This document shows, piece by piece, positions 25,398 to 34,364 of a stretch of 64,000 bases of DNA. Source of the DNA: Candidatus Melainabacteria bacterium 17Bon1m (GTDB taxonomy: Bacteria; Cyanobacteriota; Vampirovibrionia; Obscuribacterales; Obscuribacteraceae); the NCBI GenBank assembly GCA_032128875.1, contig JAVLKG010000002.1, forward strand, positions 864,001 to 928,000, in the 5' to 3' direction. The position numbers were made by a program, and so were the translations under genes. Numbering within the stretch: the first letter of the stretch is position 1; each line of letters opens with the position of its first letter. The notes under the pieces were generated by a model. It was not told the DNA's origin. It was given only the letters and a program-made list of their open reading frames with translations, and did no database searches.

Positions 25398-27677
25398 CTA
25401 TGGAGCAGTTGTTTTCTCTGGACCGACAGTTAATCCTGAGTCCATATGGAAATTGACTCCACCCTCGCTGCGGAAACCCGTGATTGAGAAGCCATTGGAT
25501 GTTTTCTTCAATCCGAAGTCTGCCTTACCACGTCCGGTGGGAAGCGATTTTATATTGACCTGATGGATAAAACTCGGCATAAACGGTCGTTTTATATTGA
25601 GCTGCCCTTGAGCACCTTCGACGTCAATTCCTATGCATGCTTCTAGCATTTGAAACAAACAGCCGGACGCCCATGCCTGGGGCACACAAGATACAGGATA
25701 TGAAACTGGAGGGGCTCCTTTAGCCCGCGTGAATCCGCAGAAGAGTTCTGGTAAGCGATTGTCCCCGAACGCCGTCCCTGCATCGAAGAGTCCAGAGAAA
25801 ATGCGTCCGGCGTCTTCTTTGTGGTCGTTTTCTGCAAGCCCGGAGGCGATGATCGCATTGTCGTGGGGCCAGATAGAGCCGTTGTGATAGCTAACAGGAT
25901 TGTAGGCAACTTCATTGCTTGAAAGAGTGCGGATACCCCAACCGTTGAAAAGGTGGCTTTCCATCAAGGTTTTGCAAACAGCTTCCTTCTTGTCGTCAGC
26001 TACTATTCCACTTATTAAAAGCTGACCTGGGTTTGATGCTACGACATCACATTGCTTTCCGCCAGCTGATAAAGCCATCGCATAATAGTTTTTGCTAGGC
26101 ATCCAGAATGCGGCATTAAAGTCCTGCTTCAGCTTTTGCGCGCTTGCTTCCAATTGTTTGTGTTTGTCCACCTTGCCAAACATTCCGTAAATAAACCCAG
26201 CGTCTACAAGAGCTTTGTATAAATAGCCCTGGACTTCACAGGCTGCAATTGGTGCGTTCGCGAGCTTGCCGTCAGAGTACATCATTGAGTTGCCGGAGTC
26301 TTTCCAACACTGGTTAGCTAGTGCTCCTTCGCCACCATAAGTCAGAAAGCCTTTGCTGGAAGCATCGAGCAAATAAGCGACAGCGCGATCTAAATTAGGC
26401 AATAGTTTGTTGACTGTATCCATGTCTCCAGTGCACTGCAAATACTTGCGCATAAGCATTACCCAAAGCGGAGTGGCGTCGATCGTTCCGTAGTAAGGAT
26501 GGAATGGAACTATGCCCTTGGTAGCAAGTTCGCCCGTCCTCAATTCGTGCATGATCTTGCCTGGCGCCTCATCTGTTTCTGCATTCCTTTTTGAACCTTG
26601 ATATGCAGCTAACATCAACAAGATTTCTTTGGATGTATTTGGCATAAATAAAACTGTCTGCAATCCGGTAATCGCTTGGTCTCGCCCGAACGGCACCGCG
26701 TACCATGGAAGTCCGGCAGTAAGAGCGGTTCCGCCCTTTACGGGCTGGCGCAAGAGATAAAGATCAAGATATGCCTGATTCAGCATTTTGTTGAATTCAA
26801 TATTGTCGGTCGTGATTTGTCCGCAATCAGAAAACCACTTCTGAAACGAGTTGTTTGCCTGTTCGAGCCTTGCATCATAAGACCAGGTTTGGCACTCTTT
26901 CTCACTTACACTAGAATCTTTTGAGAGAGAGGAAATTGTCAGCTCTGACGAACTTGATTGTCCAGGCTTCAATTTCACAGTCCAATTAAAACCGCCTGTG
27001 GACATGACTGCAGCTGGCTGAGATGCCAAATTCAGTTCGGTATAAACATTATCCACCGGGTATCCATAACGTAGATAGGCACCGATTGTGGTATCAATGC
27101 TTCTAGGTTTTTCCTTTGACTGAAATCCCCTGACTTCAAACATATCTTTGAAGTCTGCATTTGTGCAAATTGAAATTACTGCACTGATTTCTTCTGTTGA
27201 ATAATTTGTAATTGTGATGCGTTCACTAACTCCTTGATACATAGCTACTTCGCGCCGCAGCACAATTGATCGGTCTGCATCTTTTTTATTTTGCCTAATT
27301 CCATAGATGAAAGTTCCACAAAAACCTTTCACATCTTTGGATAACAATTCCGGAGCCTGACCATTCAAAACATATCTGAGTTTGCTAAGCGTTCTTGTGT
27401 CATCTCGGTAGAGTCCATAGGCCGAGTTATCACCTCCAGGAATCATTCCTGATTCGTCTAGAACATACATGAGCGCATCGTGCTTCATTACTATGCGTGG
27501 CTCACTCAGCGGATCAAGGGTTTTCTCCGGATCCTTTCCACAAGCGCTTTCATGTATTTGAACTGTGGTCTTTTGTACTGAATTATCTGCGAATGCAGGT
27601 TGACGCCACGTAATCAACGCTGTGAAGATCAAAATGATGGCAAACACTTGTCGGAAAAAATAAGACTCTCTATGCAA
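25398..27677 (-). CDS. Amylo-alpha-1,6-glucosidase / glycogen-debranching-like enzyme with N-terminal signal peptide
   Basis: GLYRDDTRTLS, ADFKDMFEVRG, AGLPWYAVPFGRD, PGKIMHELR, YYGTIDATPL, NQCWKDS, SYHNGSIWPHDN, RLPELFCG, PQAWA. Start moved to TTG 27677, which overlaps the kinase stop. Confidence 0.88.
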   Translation of the reverse strand: MHRESYFFRQVFAIILIFTALITWRQPAFADNSVQKTTVQIHESACGKDPEKTLDPLSEPRIVMKHDALMYVLDESGMIPGGDNSAYGLYRDDTRTLSKLRYVLNGQAPELLSKDVKGFCGTFIYGIRQNKKDADRSIVLRREVAMYQGVSERITITNYSTEEISAVISICTNADFKDMFEVRGFQSKEKPRSIDTTIGAYLRYGYPVDNVYTELNLASQPAAVMSTGGFNWTVKLKPGQSSSSELTISSLSKDSSVSEKECQTWSYDARLEQANNSFQKWFSDCGQITTDNIEFNKMLNQAYLDLYLLRQPVKGGTALTAGLPWYAVPFGRDQAITGLQTVLFMPNTSKEILLMLAAYQGSKRNAETDEAPGKIMHELRTGELATKGIVPFHPYYGTIDATPLWVMLMRKYLQCTGDMDTVNKLLPNLDRAVAYLLDASSKGFLTYGGEGALANQCWKDSGNSMMYSDGKLANAPIAACEVQGYLYKALVDAGFIYGMFGKVDKHKQLEASAQKLKQDFNAAFWMPSKNYYAMALSAGGKQCDVVASNPGQLLISGIVADDKKEAVCKTLMESHLFNGWGIRTLSSNEVAYNPVSYHNGSIWPHDNAIIASGLAENDHKEDAGRIFSGLFDAGTAFGDNRLPELFCGFTRAKGAPPVSYPVSCVPQAWASGCLFQMLEACIGIDVEGAQGQLNIKRPFMPSFIHQVNIKSLPTGRGKADFGLKKTSNGFSITGFRSEGGVNFHMDSGLTVGPEKTTAP

Positions 27678-29493
27678 GAGGAAGTGTGAATTTGAATATG
27701 CTGCCTTCACCAATTTTGCTCTCCACCCAAATTTTGCCGCCATGTAGTTGAACAAAGGCTCTGCAAATTGCCAATCCCAAACCGGAGCCTTTCTCCTGGT
27801 TGTTTTCAGAACGACGTTCAACTTGTTGGAACTTTTCAAAAATATTCTCCAGCTTGTCTTCCGGAATGCCTTCGCCTTCGTCTCGGACGGCAATCACTGC
27901 AAAATTACCATCTCCAGTTTGACTGTCCTTATTTGCCGAAAGCGTTATTTTTCCGCCTTTAGGCGAGAATTTTACGGCATTGCCGACCAGATTATTGAGT
28001 ATACGATCTATTCGCTCCTCATCTCCCATCACAATCAGATCTGTTTCAACAAAATCCAGTTTTACGTCCTTTGATTCGGCAAAGACTGTAAGACTGGCGA
28101 CACAGGCATCAAAACACTCGTTAAGTGAAACTTTTGCCTTCTCAATATGCATCTGACCACTGTCAGCTTTTTCAACGTCCAGCAGATCATTCACGAGAGT
28201 AAGGAGACGATCTACATTTCGACCGCCCGCGTTTATGAAGTCATTGCCCTTTTCATCAAGCTTGCCGTGTTTTCCAGTTTCTAAGAACGTAAAAATGTGC
28301 CGAAGAGTCGATAGCGGCGTGCGCAAGTCATGAGTGACCATAGCCATAACTTCCTGCTTCAGAGTCTCTGCTTTTCGACGCTCTGTAATGTCGTGAATCA
28401 CACAGAAAGTTGCATCTTCTTCTTTTGAGAAGTGCGCTGAGAGCAGCACGTGGACAATGGTCCCGTCATCCCGTTTCATTCTTAGCTCAACCGGACTTGA
28501 ATCACCTTGTGTTTTCAAATTTGCAAATAGTTGAAGAACATTTTCGCGACTATCGGCAACGTAATCAGCAAAGTGTGTACCTAGTAAGTTTTCTGGCGCG
28601 CGATGTAAAACTGCTTGGCTGGCTGGATTCGCGGCAGAGAATTTTCCATTCGAATCAATTGAACAAATGAAATCTCTGGCATTGTCTATGATTGCTCTCT
28701 CTTTCTTCGCCGCTTCTTTTAGTGTCGTTGCCATACTGTGAAAAGTTTTGTCTACTGCTGCAATTTCGTCGTTGCCACCGATAGGAGTATGCAATGGTAC
28801 ATCAGCAGCCAGTCTGAAACTATTCTCGTTAAGGATGCTCAGTCGATTTGCGATCGTTCTCGTCAAGTAAATTGCCACTGCGATGGCAATAATGGTGTCA
28901 GCAACGGCGATCAGAATCATCAACTGTTTCGACAACTCTCTCAATCTCGCCTGCTCTACAGCATCGATTTCGGCAAGTTTCTTTTGTTGCGCTGCGTGCT
29001 CCAAAAGCCCGCCACCAAGAATTGATTTGACGTCTTTGCGTACGTCTTTCCAAAGTTTCTTACGTAGTTTTTGAATTTGCTCCGGACCATCTTCGGGTAT
29101 TTCCTCGAGACGTCTGATAAGCCCAAAAGTCTTATACGCTGCTTGCTCGGATGCAACAACACATTCGTAGAGCTTCGCATCATGCTGAACACTGTCTTTC
29201 AGTTGTTTGTAATGAACCTCATGCCGGCGATGCAGACTCTGCAGTTTTTCATCGCCAGTTGTTACATGGCGCAGCGGATTGTCGCGCCCAAATTCGCCGA
29301 TGTACTCATAAACATCCTGTGAAAGAACATTAATTGCGTCCGATATCTTTTTCGCGTTGATAGACTCGAGAAGGAGCACTTCGGCATCATTCTCCAGTTT
29401 CGCGACCCAGAACAAAGTGGCCAACTGCAGCACCAACGGCACAAGAACCAGGGCCAGTACCTTTGTCGATAGCGATAATCGTGGACGTCGCAT
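27670..29493 (-). CDS. Membrane sensor histidine kinase (periplasmic helical sensor-HAMP-PAS-HisKA-HATPase)
   Basis: Two TMs, GNDEI, HDITERR, THDLRTPL, NLVGNAVKF, DEGEGI, GSGLGL. Start moved to ATG 29493 to avoid overlapping the divergent regulator. Confidence 0.93.
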   Translation of the reverse strand: MRRPRLSLSTKVLALVLVPLVLQLATLFWVAKLENDAEVLLLESINAKKISDAINVLSQDVYEYIGEFGRDNPLRHVTTGDEKLQSLHRRHEVHYKQLKDSVQHDAKLYECVVASEQAAYKTFGLIRRLEEIPEDGPEQIQKLRKKLWKDVRKDVKSILGGGLLEHAAQQKKLAEIDAVEQARLRELSKQLMILIAVADTIIAIAVAIYLTRTIANRLSILNENSFRLAADVPLHTPIGGNDEIAAVDKTFHSMATTLKEAAKKERAIIDNARDFICSIDSNGKFSAANPASQAVLHRAPENLLGTHFADYVADSRENVLQLFANLKTQGDSSPVELRMKRDDGTIVHVLLSAHFSKEEDATFCVIHDITERRKAETLKQEVMAMVTHDLRTPLSTLRHIFTFLETGKHGKLDEKGNDFINAGGRNVDRLLTLVNDLLDVEKADSGQMHIEKAKVSLNECFDACVASLTVFAESKDVKLDFVETDLIVMGDEERIDRILNNLVGNAVKFSPKGGKITLSANKDSQTGDGNFAVIAVRDEGEGIPEDKLENIFEKFQQVERRSENNQEKGSGLGLAICRAFVQLHGGKIWVESKIGEGSIFKFTLPLA

Positions 29494-29514
29494 GCGAAGT
29501 AGCGGATCACAATG

Positions 29515-29543
29515 GGTATACTCAGTATTATTACCATTGTCAA
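29515..29543 (-). promoter_or_regulatory. Putative sigma70 promoter in the 63-bp divergent kinase/regulator gap
   Basis: Minus strand TTGACA-17 bp-TATACC; overlapped by inverted repeat ACAATGG (29509-15) / CCATTGT (29534-40). Confidence 0.4.
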
Positions 29544-29556
29544 TGTATGCGAAACG

Positions 29557-30249
29557 ATGGCAAAGATACTGCTTGTCGAAGACGATCAAGATCTCTCCAT
29601 GATGGTGAAAGCCGGACTGGAAGGGGAAAGGCACGTAGTTGAATGCGCTTTTGACGGCGATGAAGCTATGCATCTGTTGCAGAGCGAAGAATATGATCTT
29701 GTAGTCCTTGATTGGCAATTGCCAAAGCTTTCCGGGATCGATGTCCTGAAAAAACTTCGTCAGATGGGAAAATCTGTTTCAGTGATAATGCTCACCGGAA
29801 AGTCTGCAATCGACCACAAAGAAGAAGGCATTGATACCGGCGCTGATGATTATCTGACCAAGCCTTTTGATATGAGGGAACTCCATGCGCGCCTGCGAGC
29901 ACTACTGCGACGTCCAGGTGGCGCTACTGGAGTGACCGGAAACACTCTAGTCGCGGGTGATTTGGAGCTTGACCCAGTTAAGTATCGCCTCAAAAGAAGC
30001 GGGAAGGATGTGCACCTCACCCCTAAAGATTTTGCCCTGCTCGAGTTTTTCCTGCGCAACCCCGATCATGTTTTCAGTGTGCAGACAATTCTTTCTCGTG
30101 TTTGGAGCTATGAATCCGATGCTTCACCTGAAGGACTACGAGCGGCAATCCGTCGAATTCGCAAAGCTGTGGATATCACCGACGATCCGAATGAGTCGAT
30201 AATTGAAAACGTTGCAAGAGTCGGCTACAGACTGCGAAAACCAAATTAG
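29557..30249 (+). CDS. OmpR/PhoB family response regulator
   Basis: KILLVEDD, VLDWQLP, MLTG, GADDYLTKPF; winged helix LTPKDFALL...ENVARVGYRL. Confidence 0.95.
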   Translation: MAKILLVEDDQDLSMMVKAGLEGERHVVECAFDGDEAMHLLQSEEYDLVVLDWQLPKLSGIDVLKKLRQMGKSVSVIMLTGKSAIDHKEEGIDTGADDYLTKPFDMRELHARLRALLRRPGGATGVTGNTLVAGDLELDPVKYRLKRSGKDVHLTPKDFALLEFFLRNPDHVFSVQTILSRVWSYESDASPEGLRAAIRRIRKAVDITDDPNESIIENVARVGYRLRKPN

Positions 30250-31782
30250 TTATTTACTTGGGTTGTAGTCGTATGCAATTGACTGCTGCAAGCGGAGTTT
30301 TGATTCTTCAGTCTGACCGAGCGCACCAAGGGCCTTGCCGAGCCAATAATAGGCAGAACCTGTCGTCTCTTCCAGTGCGATTGATTTGCGAGCTGCTTCT
30401 ACGGCATCGGCATGTCGGCCCAGTCTTTCGTATATCTCGGCAAGACGGCTATAGTAAAAGGTATTTTTGTCGGGAATTGTTTTGCATTCGTTTAAGGCAG
30501 TTTGAAAATCACCTACAGCTAAGGACGCATCGATAAGGCCGTTCGTAACAGATGATTTGTTTTCTTTATTCTTGATTGCAGTAAAGCATCTTATGGCACT
30601 GGCGTAGTCTTTCATTCCCAGATAGCTGTACGCGCGCTCTTTCTGCAATGTCATATCACCAGGCTTCTTCTTCAGCTTTTGTTCTACTGCGGCAATTTCC
30701 TGCGCGTAAATGTCTTTTGCTTTAGCTGCTTGGCCTGCCTCTTCGTAAACGCTTGCGAGCCAATTATTGATCCAGGCTGATTTTCTCTTTTTGAGTTTTT
30801 CAATGACGAATTCAAAGTCATTCATCGCTTTTACTCTATCATTCAGATCCAGATAAATGCGTGCGCGCGATAATCGCCAGTCTTCTTCTTCCGGTTCTTG
30901 TGCAATCAGTTCATCCAGATAAGCGATGTGTTTCTTCTGCGCATCTGCCAAACCAGCACTATCACCTAGTGCCCTTGCAGTCGATGCTGAATAGTCGTAT
31001 GCACTTTCTTCTTTTGATGTGTCATTTAACCAGGCATTCGCTGCATCATTGGCTTCTCTAATTCTTCCTTTTGCAATCAAAAGATCAATCAAATCGGAAA
31101 ACGGTGACTCTTCTGCTGAGTCGTTCGCATTTGAAGAAAATGAACTACTCTCCTCTGGATATTTTGTGGATTCTTGAAACTCAAAGATTGCCTTGTCCAG
31201 CTCTTTCCTTTTCTTAAGCACCCGGCCAAGGGCATTGTGTACCCGACGTTTGTCGTAATCAAAGGTCAGCGATTTTTCATAGTCTTTTTGAGCTTCTGAA
31301 AGTTTGTCTTTCCAGTGGTATGCAATTCCCCGCTGGTAGTACAAACTTCCATCATTTTTCTCAAGTTCGATAGCTTTATCTAAATCGCGGATCGCATCAT
31401 CATATTCATTCTTGTGAGTGTGTAGCTGCCCGCGATAGCTGAGGCACAGATAGTCTTTTGGGTCCAACTCAATTGCTTTGTTGAAATCAGACATCGCCTC
31501 ATCTTTTCTGTCCAGCCACCAGCGAATGAGACCCCTCTCTCTGTACAAGTTTGCACGGTGAGGGTACTTCTTTATCTGTGCTGTAAAAAGTTTTTCTGAC
31601 GCCTTCCAGGCGTCTTCACTTGAAAATTTAGGATGTGCCCAACTAGGTATGAGCTTGTCCATGTCCTTCGGAGGACTTTTGGACAGCTGAAAGCAAATCG
31701 CCGTTATACCGCCGATCACGATAAATATGGCGCAGCCTAGCCAGACACCGAGCTTCTGGCCGAAGGTTAGCTTTGAAAACAT
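30250..31782 (-). CDS. Membrane-anchored tetratricopeptide repeat protein
   Basis: N-terminal TM; multiple TPRs (AMSDFNKAIELDPK, AIRDLDKAIELEKN, AYYWLGKAL). Confidence 0.88.
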   Translation of the reverse strand: MFSKLTFGQKLGVWLGCAIFIVIGGITAICFQLSKSPPKDMDKLIPSWAHPKFSSEDAWKASEKLFTAQIKKYPHRANLYRERGLIRWWLDRKDEAMSDFNKAIELDPKDYLCLSYRGQLHTHKNEYDDAIRDLDKAIELEKNDGSLYYQRGIAYHWKDKLSEAQKDYEKSLTFDYDKRRVHNALGRVLKKRKELDKAIFEFQESTKYPEESSSFSSNANDSAEESPFSDLIDLLIAKGRIREANDAANAWLNDTSKEESAYDYSASTARALGDSAGLADAQKKHIAYLDELIAQEPEEEDWRLSRARIYLDLNDRVKAMNDFEFVIEKLKKRKSAWINNWLASVYEEAGQAAKAKDIYAQEIAAVEQKLKKKPGDMTLQKERAYSYLGMKDYASAIRCFTAIKNKENKSSVTNGLIDASLAVGDFQTALNECKTIPDKNTFYYSRLAEIYERLGRHADAVEAARKSIALEETTGSAYYWLGKALGALGQTEESKLRLQQSIAYDYNPSK

Positions 31783-31794
31783 CAGCTATCCGAA

Positions 31795-31920
31795 TTAGAA
31801 TTCGGCGACAAGTCCGAAACAGGCGATCATGATGATGAAACCGAAGTAGAGCAGAAGGAACCACATCCAGCGAATGTTCAGCTCGATGTCGGACATTTTC
31901 TCTTTCTTTTCTACTGCCAT
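31795..31920 (-). CDS. 41-aa single-TM peptide, last small gene of the respiratory operon
   Basis: MAVEKKEKMSDIELNIRWMWFLLLYFGFIIMIACFGLVAEF; AGGA upstream; operon-like codon bias (TTC/ATC/TAC); fits between mvhD and the TPR gene. Confidence 0.65.
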   Translation of the reverse strand: MAVEKKEKMSDIELNIRWMWFLLLYFGFIIMIACFGLVAEF

Positions 31921-31964
31921 GACTTCAATCCTTTGATTCTTTGATTCTGAGACCTTGGGAGCTG

Positions 31965-32369
31965 TTATTTGGCTTCCGGTGCGGCGAGATTGTTCAATGT
32001 CGCGATGAATTCTTTCGACTCTGAGATAAAGCGCTGACGTTGCGGTTTTGCCAGCCAGAGAGCCAGAATGCGACGTCTGTCGGTGCCTTTCTTGAGGGTC
32101 GGAGGACGATCGCCGAGAAGGCGTTCGCGAATCATGCGGTTGCCTTCGCGATAGTAGCAATCGCCGATTTGGCAGCCAGTAACAACAACACCGTCGGCAC
32201 CAGCCTTGATGGCATTTTCAATCATCAGTGGTTGAATCATGCCTGAGCAAGGGAATTTGACTACTTTCATGCCGGGCACTTCAGTGCAGCTGCCTGAATC
32301 GTCAACGATGCCGCTTAAGTCGCAGGCGCGTTCGCAGATAAGTGTGATTACTTTCTTAGCATCAGACAT
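31965..32369 (-). CDS. mvhD: MvhD/FlpD family [2Fe-2S] protein (hydrogenase iron-sulfur subunit D)
   Basis: LICER, VVKFPCSGMI, GADGVVVTGCQIGDCYYREGN: four Cys in MvhD spacing. Confidence 0.88.
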   Translation of the reverse strand: MSDAKKVITLICERACDLSGIVDDSGSCTEVPGMKVVKFPCSGMIQPLMIENAIKAGADGVVVTGCQIGDCYYREGNRMIRERLLGDRPPTLKKGTDRRRILALWLAKPQRQRFISESKEFIATLNNLAAPEAK

Positions 32370-32374
32370 TGGTG

Positions 32375-33553
32375 TTACCCTTTCGCCTCCAGAAGAGCCT
32401 TAATCTTCGCGTTCACTTCCGCATCCGGAAGATCTGGCAAATCGATTGCATCAAACGCGCAAGCGCCGACGCATACGCCGCAGCCTGAGCAGCGGAAATC
32501 TTTTACTGTCGCCAACAATTTGAATCTGGAACCAGCTGGTGCAGGCACCATTTCAATCGCTTGGTACGGGCAGTCTTTGTAGCAGAGTGAGCAGCCTGTG
32601 CACTTGTTAAGCACAACTTCAGCTGTTTCGATCGCTGGTTGTTTCGGAATCATCAACCACGGTGCAGCCGTGATTGCGACGGTGCCGAGAATCATCACTG
32701 CCCAGTAACCCATGACCGGCATTTGGCTGAGCATGGCGTATGGGAACAAGAAGAACCAGTCGATGTCGAACGATGTCGGCTGTTGGTTGAGGTCAGCCAT
32801 GCTGCCACTGCTCAACGGCCAGATGAATACGCAGACGAGCACCAATGCGGTCAAAATGTAGTTCACTGCCGGTGGTGGCGTGAGTACTGGTCTGGTCATG
32901 CGCAGGTAGTGAACCCACAGACCGAAGAGCAGGAAGAATGAAAGACCGATGTGGATGAAAAGGAAGTTGGAGAGAGTCAGGTTTGTAATCTGATCTCCGT
33001 TCAAGAACCAGGTCTTGAGTCCAGGTCCAATTACCGGCAGTGCTTCGAAAGCGCTGGCAGTCATTCTTGTGAGCAAGAGCGAGCGGTCATCCCAAACCAG
33101 GTAGAAACCGGTTTGACCAATGAAGAGTACGAAGATTGCCAGAACAATACCGGAAACCCATTGGAGCCAGCGGTATTGACGGTAGCGATCTGTGAACCAT
33201 ACGCGCAGAGCGTGCAGCAAGATGGTGATAACCATCGCGTCGCCTGCATAACGGTGGATACCGCGGATGACACCACCAAAAGGAAGAGACTTGGTGATGT
33301 AATCAACTGAGGTCCAAGCGTTGGTCAGAAGCTTCGAGTTGTAAGCGTTGTCGATGGTCGGGATGTAGTATGCGAAAAGCAGCAGCCCGGAGAGGTACAG
33401 CACCCACAGGTAGTACTGGGGAAGAGCTCCGTGATAGTAGAACGGATTGTATTTACTGGTCATGAACGCGTTGATTGCGTTTTCAATGGCCAGCGTCAAA
33501 CCGTTGAAGGCTTTTAGCGGGTGATTATCGACAATCTTTTGCACTGGGGTCAT
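32375..33553 (-). CDS. Cytochrome b/b6-like protein #2 fused to a C-terminal 2x[4Fe-4S] ferredoxin
   Basis: H100/H114 and H201/H215 pairs; IDWFF at the PEWY position; CTGCSLCYKDCP and CSGCGVCVGACA. Confidence 0.9.
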   Translation of the reverse strand: MTPVQKIVDNHPLKAFNGLTLAIENAINAFMTSKYNPFYYHGALPQYYLWVLYLSGLLLFAYYIPTIDNAYNSKLLTNAWTSVDYITKSLPFGGVIRGIHRYAGDAMVITILLHALRVWFTDRYRQYRWLQWVSGIVLAIFVLFIGQTGFYLVWDDRSLLLTRMTASAFEALPVIGPGLKTWFLNGDQITNLTLSNFLFIHIGLSFFLLFGLWVHYLRMTRPVLTPPPAVNYILTALVLVCVFIWPLSSGSMADLNQQPTSFDIDWFFLFPYAMLSQMPVMGYWAVMILGTVAITAAPWLMIPKQPAIETAEVVLNKCTGCSLCYKDCPYQAIEMVPAPAGSRFKLLATVKDFRCSGCGVCVGACAFDAIDLPDLPDAEVNAKIKALLEAKG

Positions 33554-33589
33554 CCTCTTCTATGCGTCTTCGCTAAAACTTCTTGCTGC

Positions 33590-33973
33590 CTATTTCTTTA
33601 CCGGTAAAACTGTCTTCTCTTCAGCATCTTCTCTGCCGATAATCATGATGGCGATACCGCCAATTGTCAGAGCTACCCCCATAAAGAGAATGTAGCCATA
33701 GTCTCCGAGGCTGGCAGTCGACTTCGGATTTACCGAGACGCCTTTGCCTTGCAAATACTTCGTCAAATCTTCACCCAAACTAGGTGTGAGTGAATTGAAG
33801 AAACCAGCGATTGCGCCGTGCAGACCAATTCGTGAGGTCAGGTCGGTCAGCCAGTCAGGTGTAGTTCCGGTAAAACCTAACTCAGACCATGCCATAAGAA
33901 CACTGACGGCGACAACGGCGCCGGCGAATGCCAGGAGTATGATGCCCTTCGGTGAAAGTATGTACTTAATCAC
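33590..33973 (-). CDS. Small 2-TM membrane protein of the respiratory operon
   Basis: Two hydrophobic helices; AAGGA upstream of GTG; tight operon spacing. Confidence 0.75.
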   Translation of the reverse strand: MIKYILSPKGIILLAFAGAVVAVSVLMAWSELGFTGTTPDWLTDLTSRIGLHGAIAGFFNSLTPSLGEDLTKYLQGKGVSVNPKSTASLGDYGYILFMGVALTIGGIAIMIIGREDAEEKTVLPVKK

Positions 33974-33985
33974 TATGAATTCCTT

Positions 33986-34357
33986 TTACCTGGTTCCGTT
34001 TCGTTCTGCGAGTTTTGCTTCGATTTTGTCGAACAATTTGACCTTGCGTACCAACTTCCCTGTCGACTTTTCTTCGATGTAGATCCAGTAGCCTTGGACT
34101 GCTAGAAGCAGCATGGTTAGTGTGGTACCGAAGAAGAGATAGGCACAAGGAATGAGACCCGGCTCTTTTTGAACTTCACGCCAACCCTCGAAAAACCAGG
34201 AGAGCGTGATTACAGTCAGAGTGAAAGCGAACAGCCTTAAGGGCAGTTTGACTTTCGTGGGCTTGACCAGGGCTTTGGTTTCCACAGCCACGCTAGCATC
34301 ACCGGTGGTGACGTTAGTGTTGATTGCGCGTGGGTCCTTTTTCCCGGTCAAGATCAT
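33986..34357 (-). CDS. Small 2-TM membrane protein of the respiratory operon
   Basis: Two TMs; start moved to ATG 34357 (GGGGA upstream), 7 bp after the cytochrome b #1 stop. Confidence 0.75.
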   Translation of the reverse strand: MILTGKKDPRAINTNVTTGDASVAVETKALVKPTKVKLPLRLFAFTLTVITLSWFFEGWREVQKEPGLIPCAYLFFGTTLTMLLLAVQGYWIYIEEKSTGKLVRKVKLFDKIEAKLAERNGTR

Positions 34358-34364
34358 TCCCCGA

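Noticed and set aside
27678-29718. N-terminal extensions of the glucosidase (to 27893) and kinase (to 29718) in the ORF track; likewise 55130-55498 and 36737-36823
   Set aside because: They overlap neighbouring genes; better starts exist downstream
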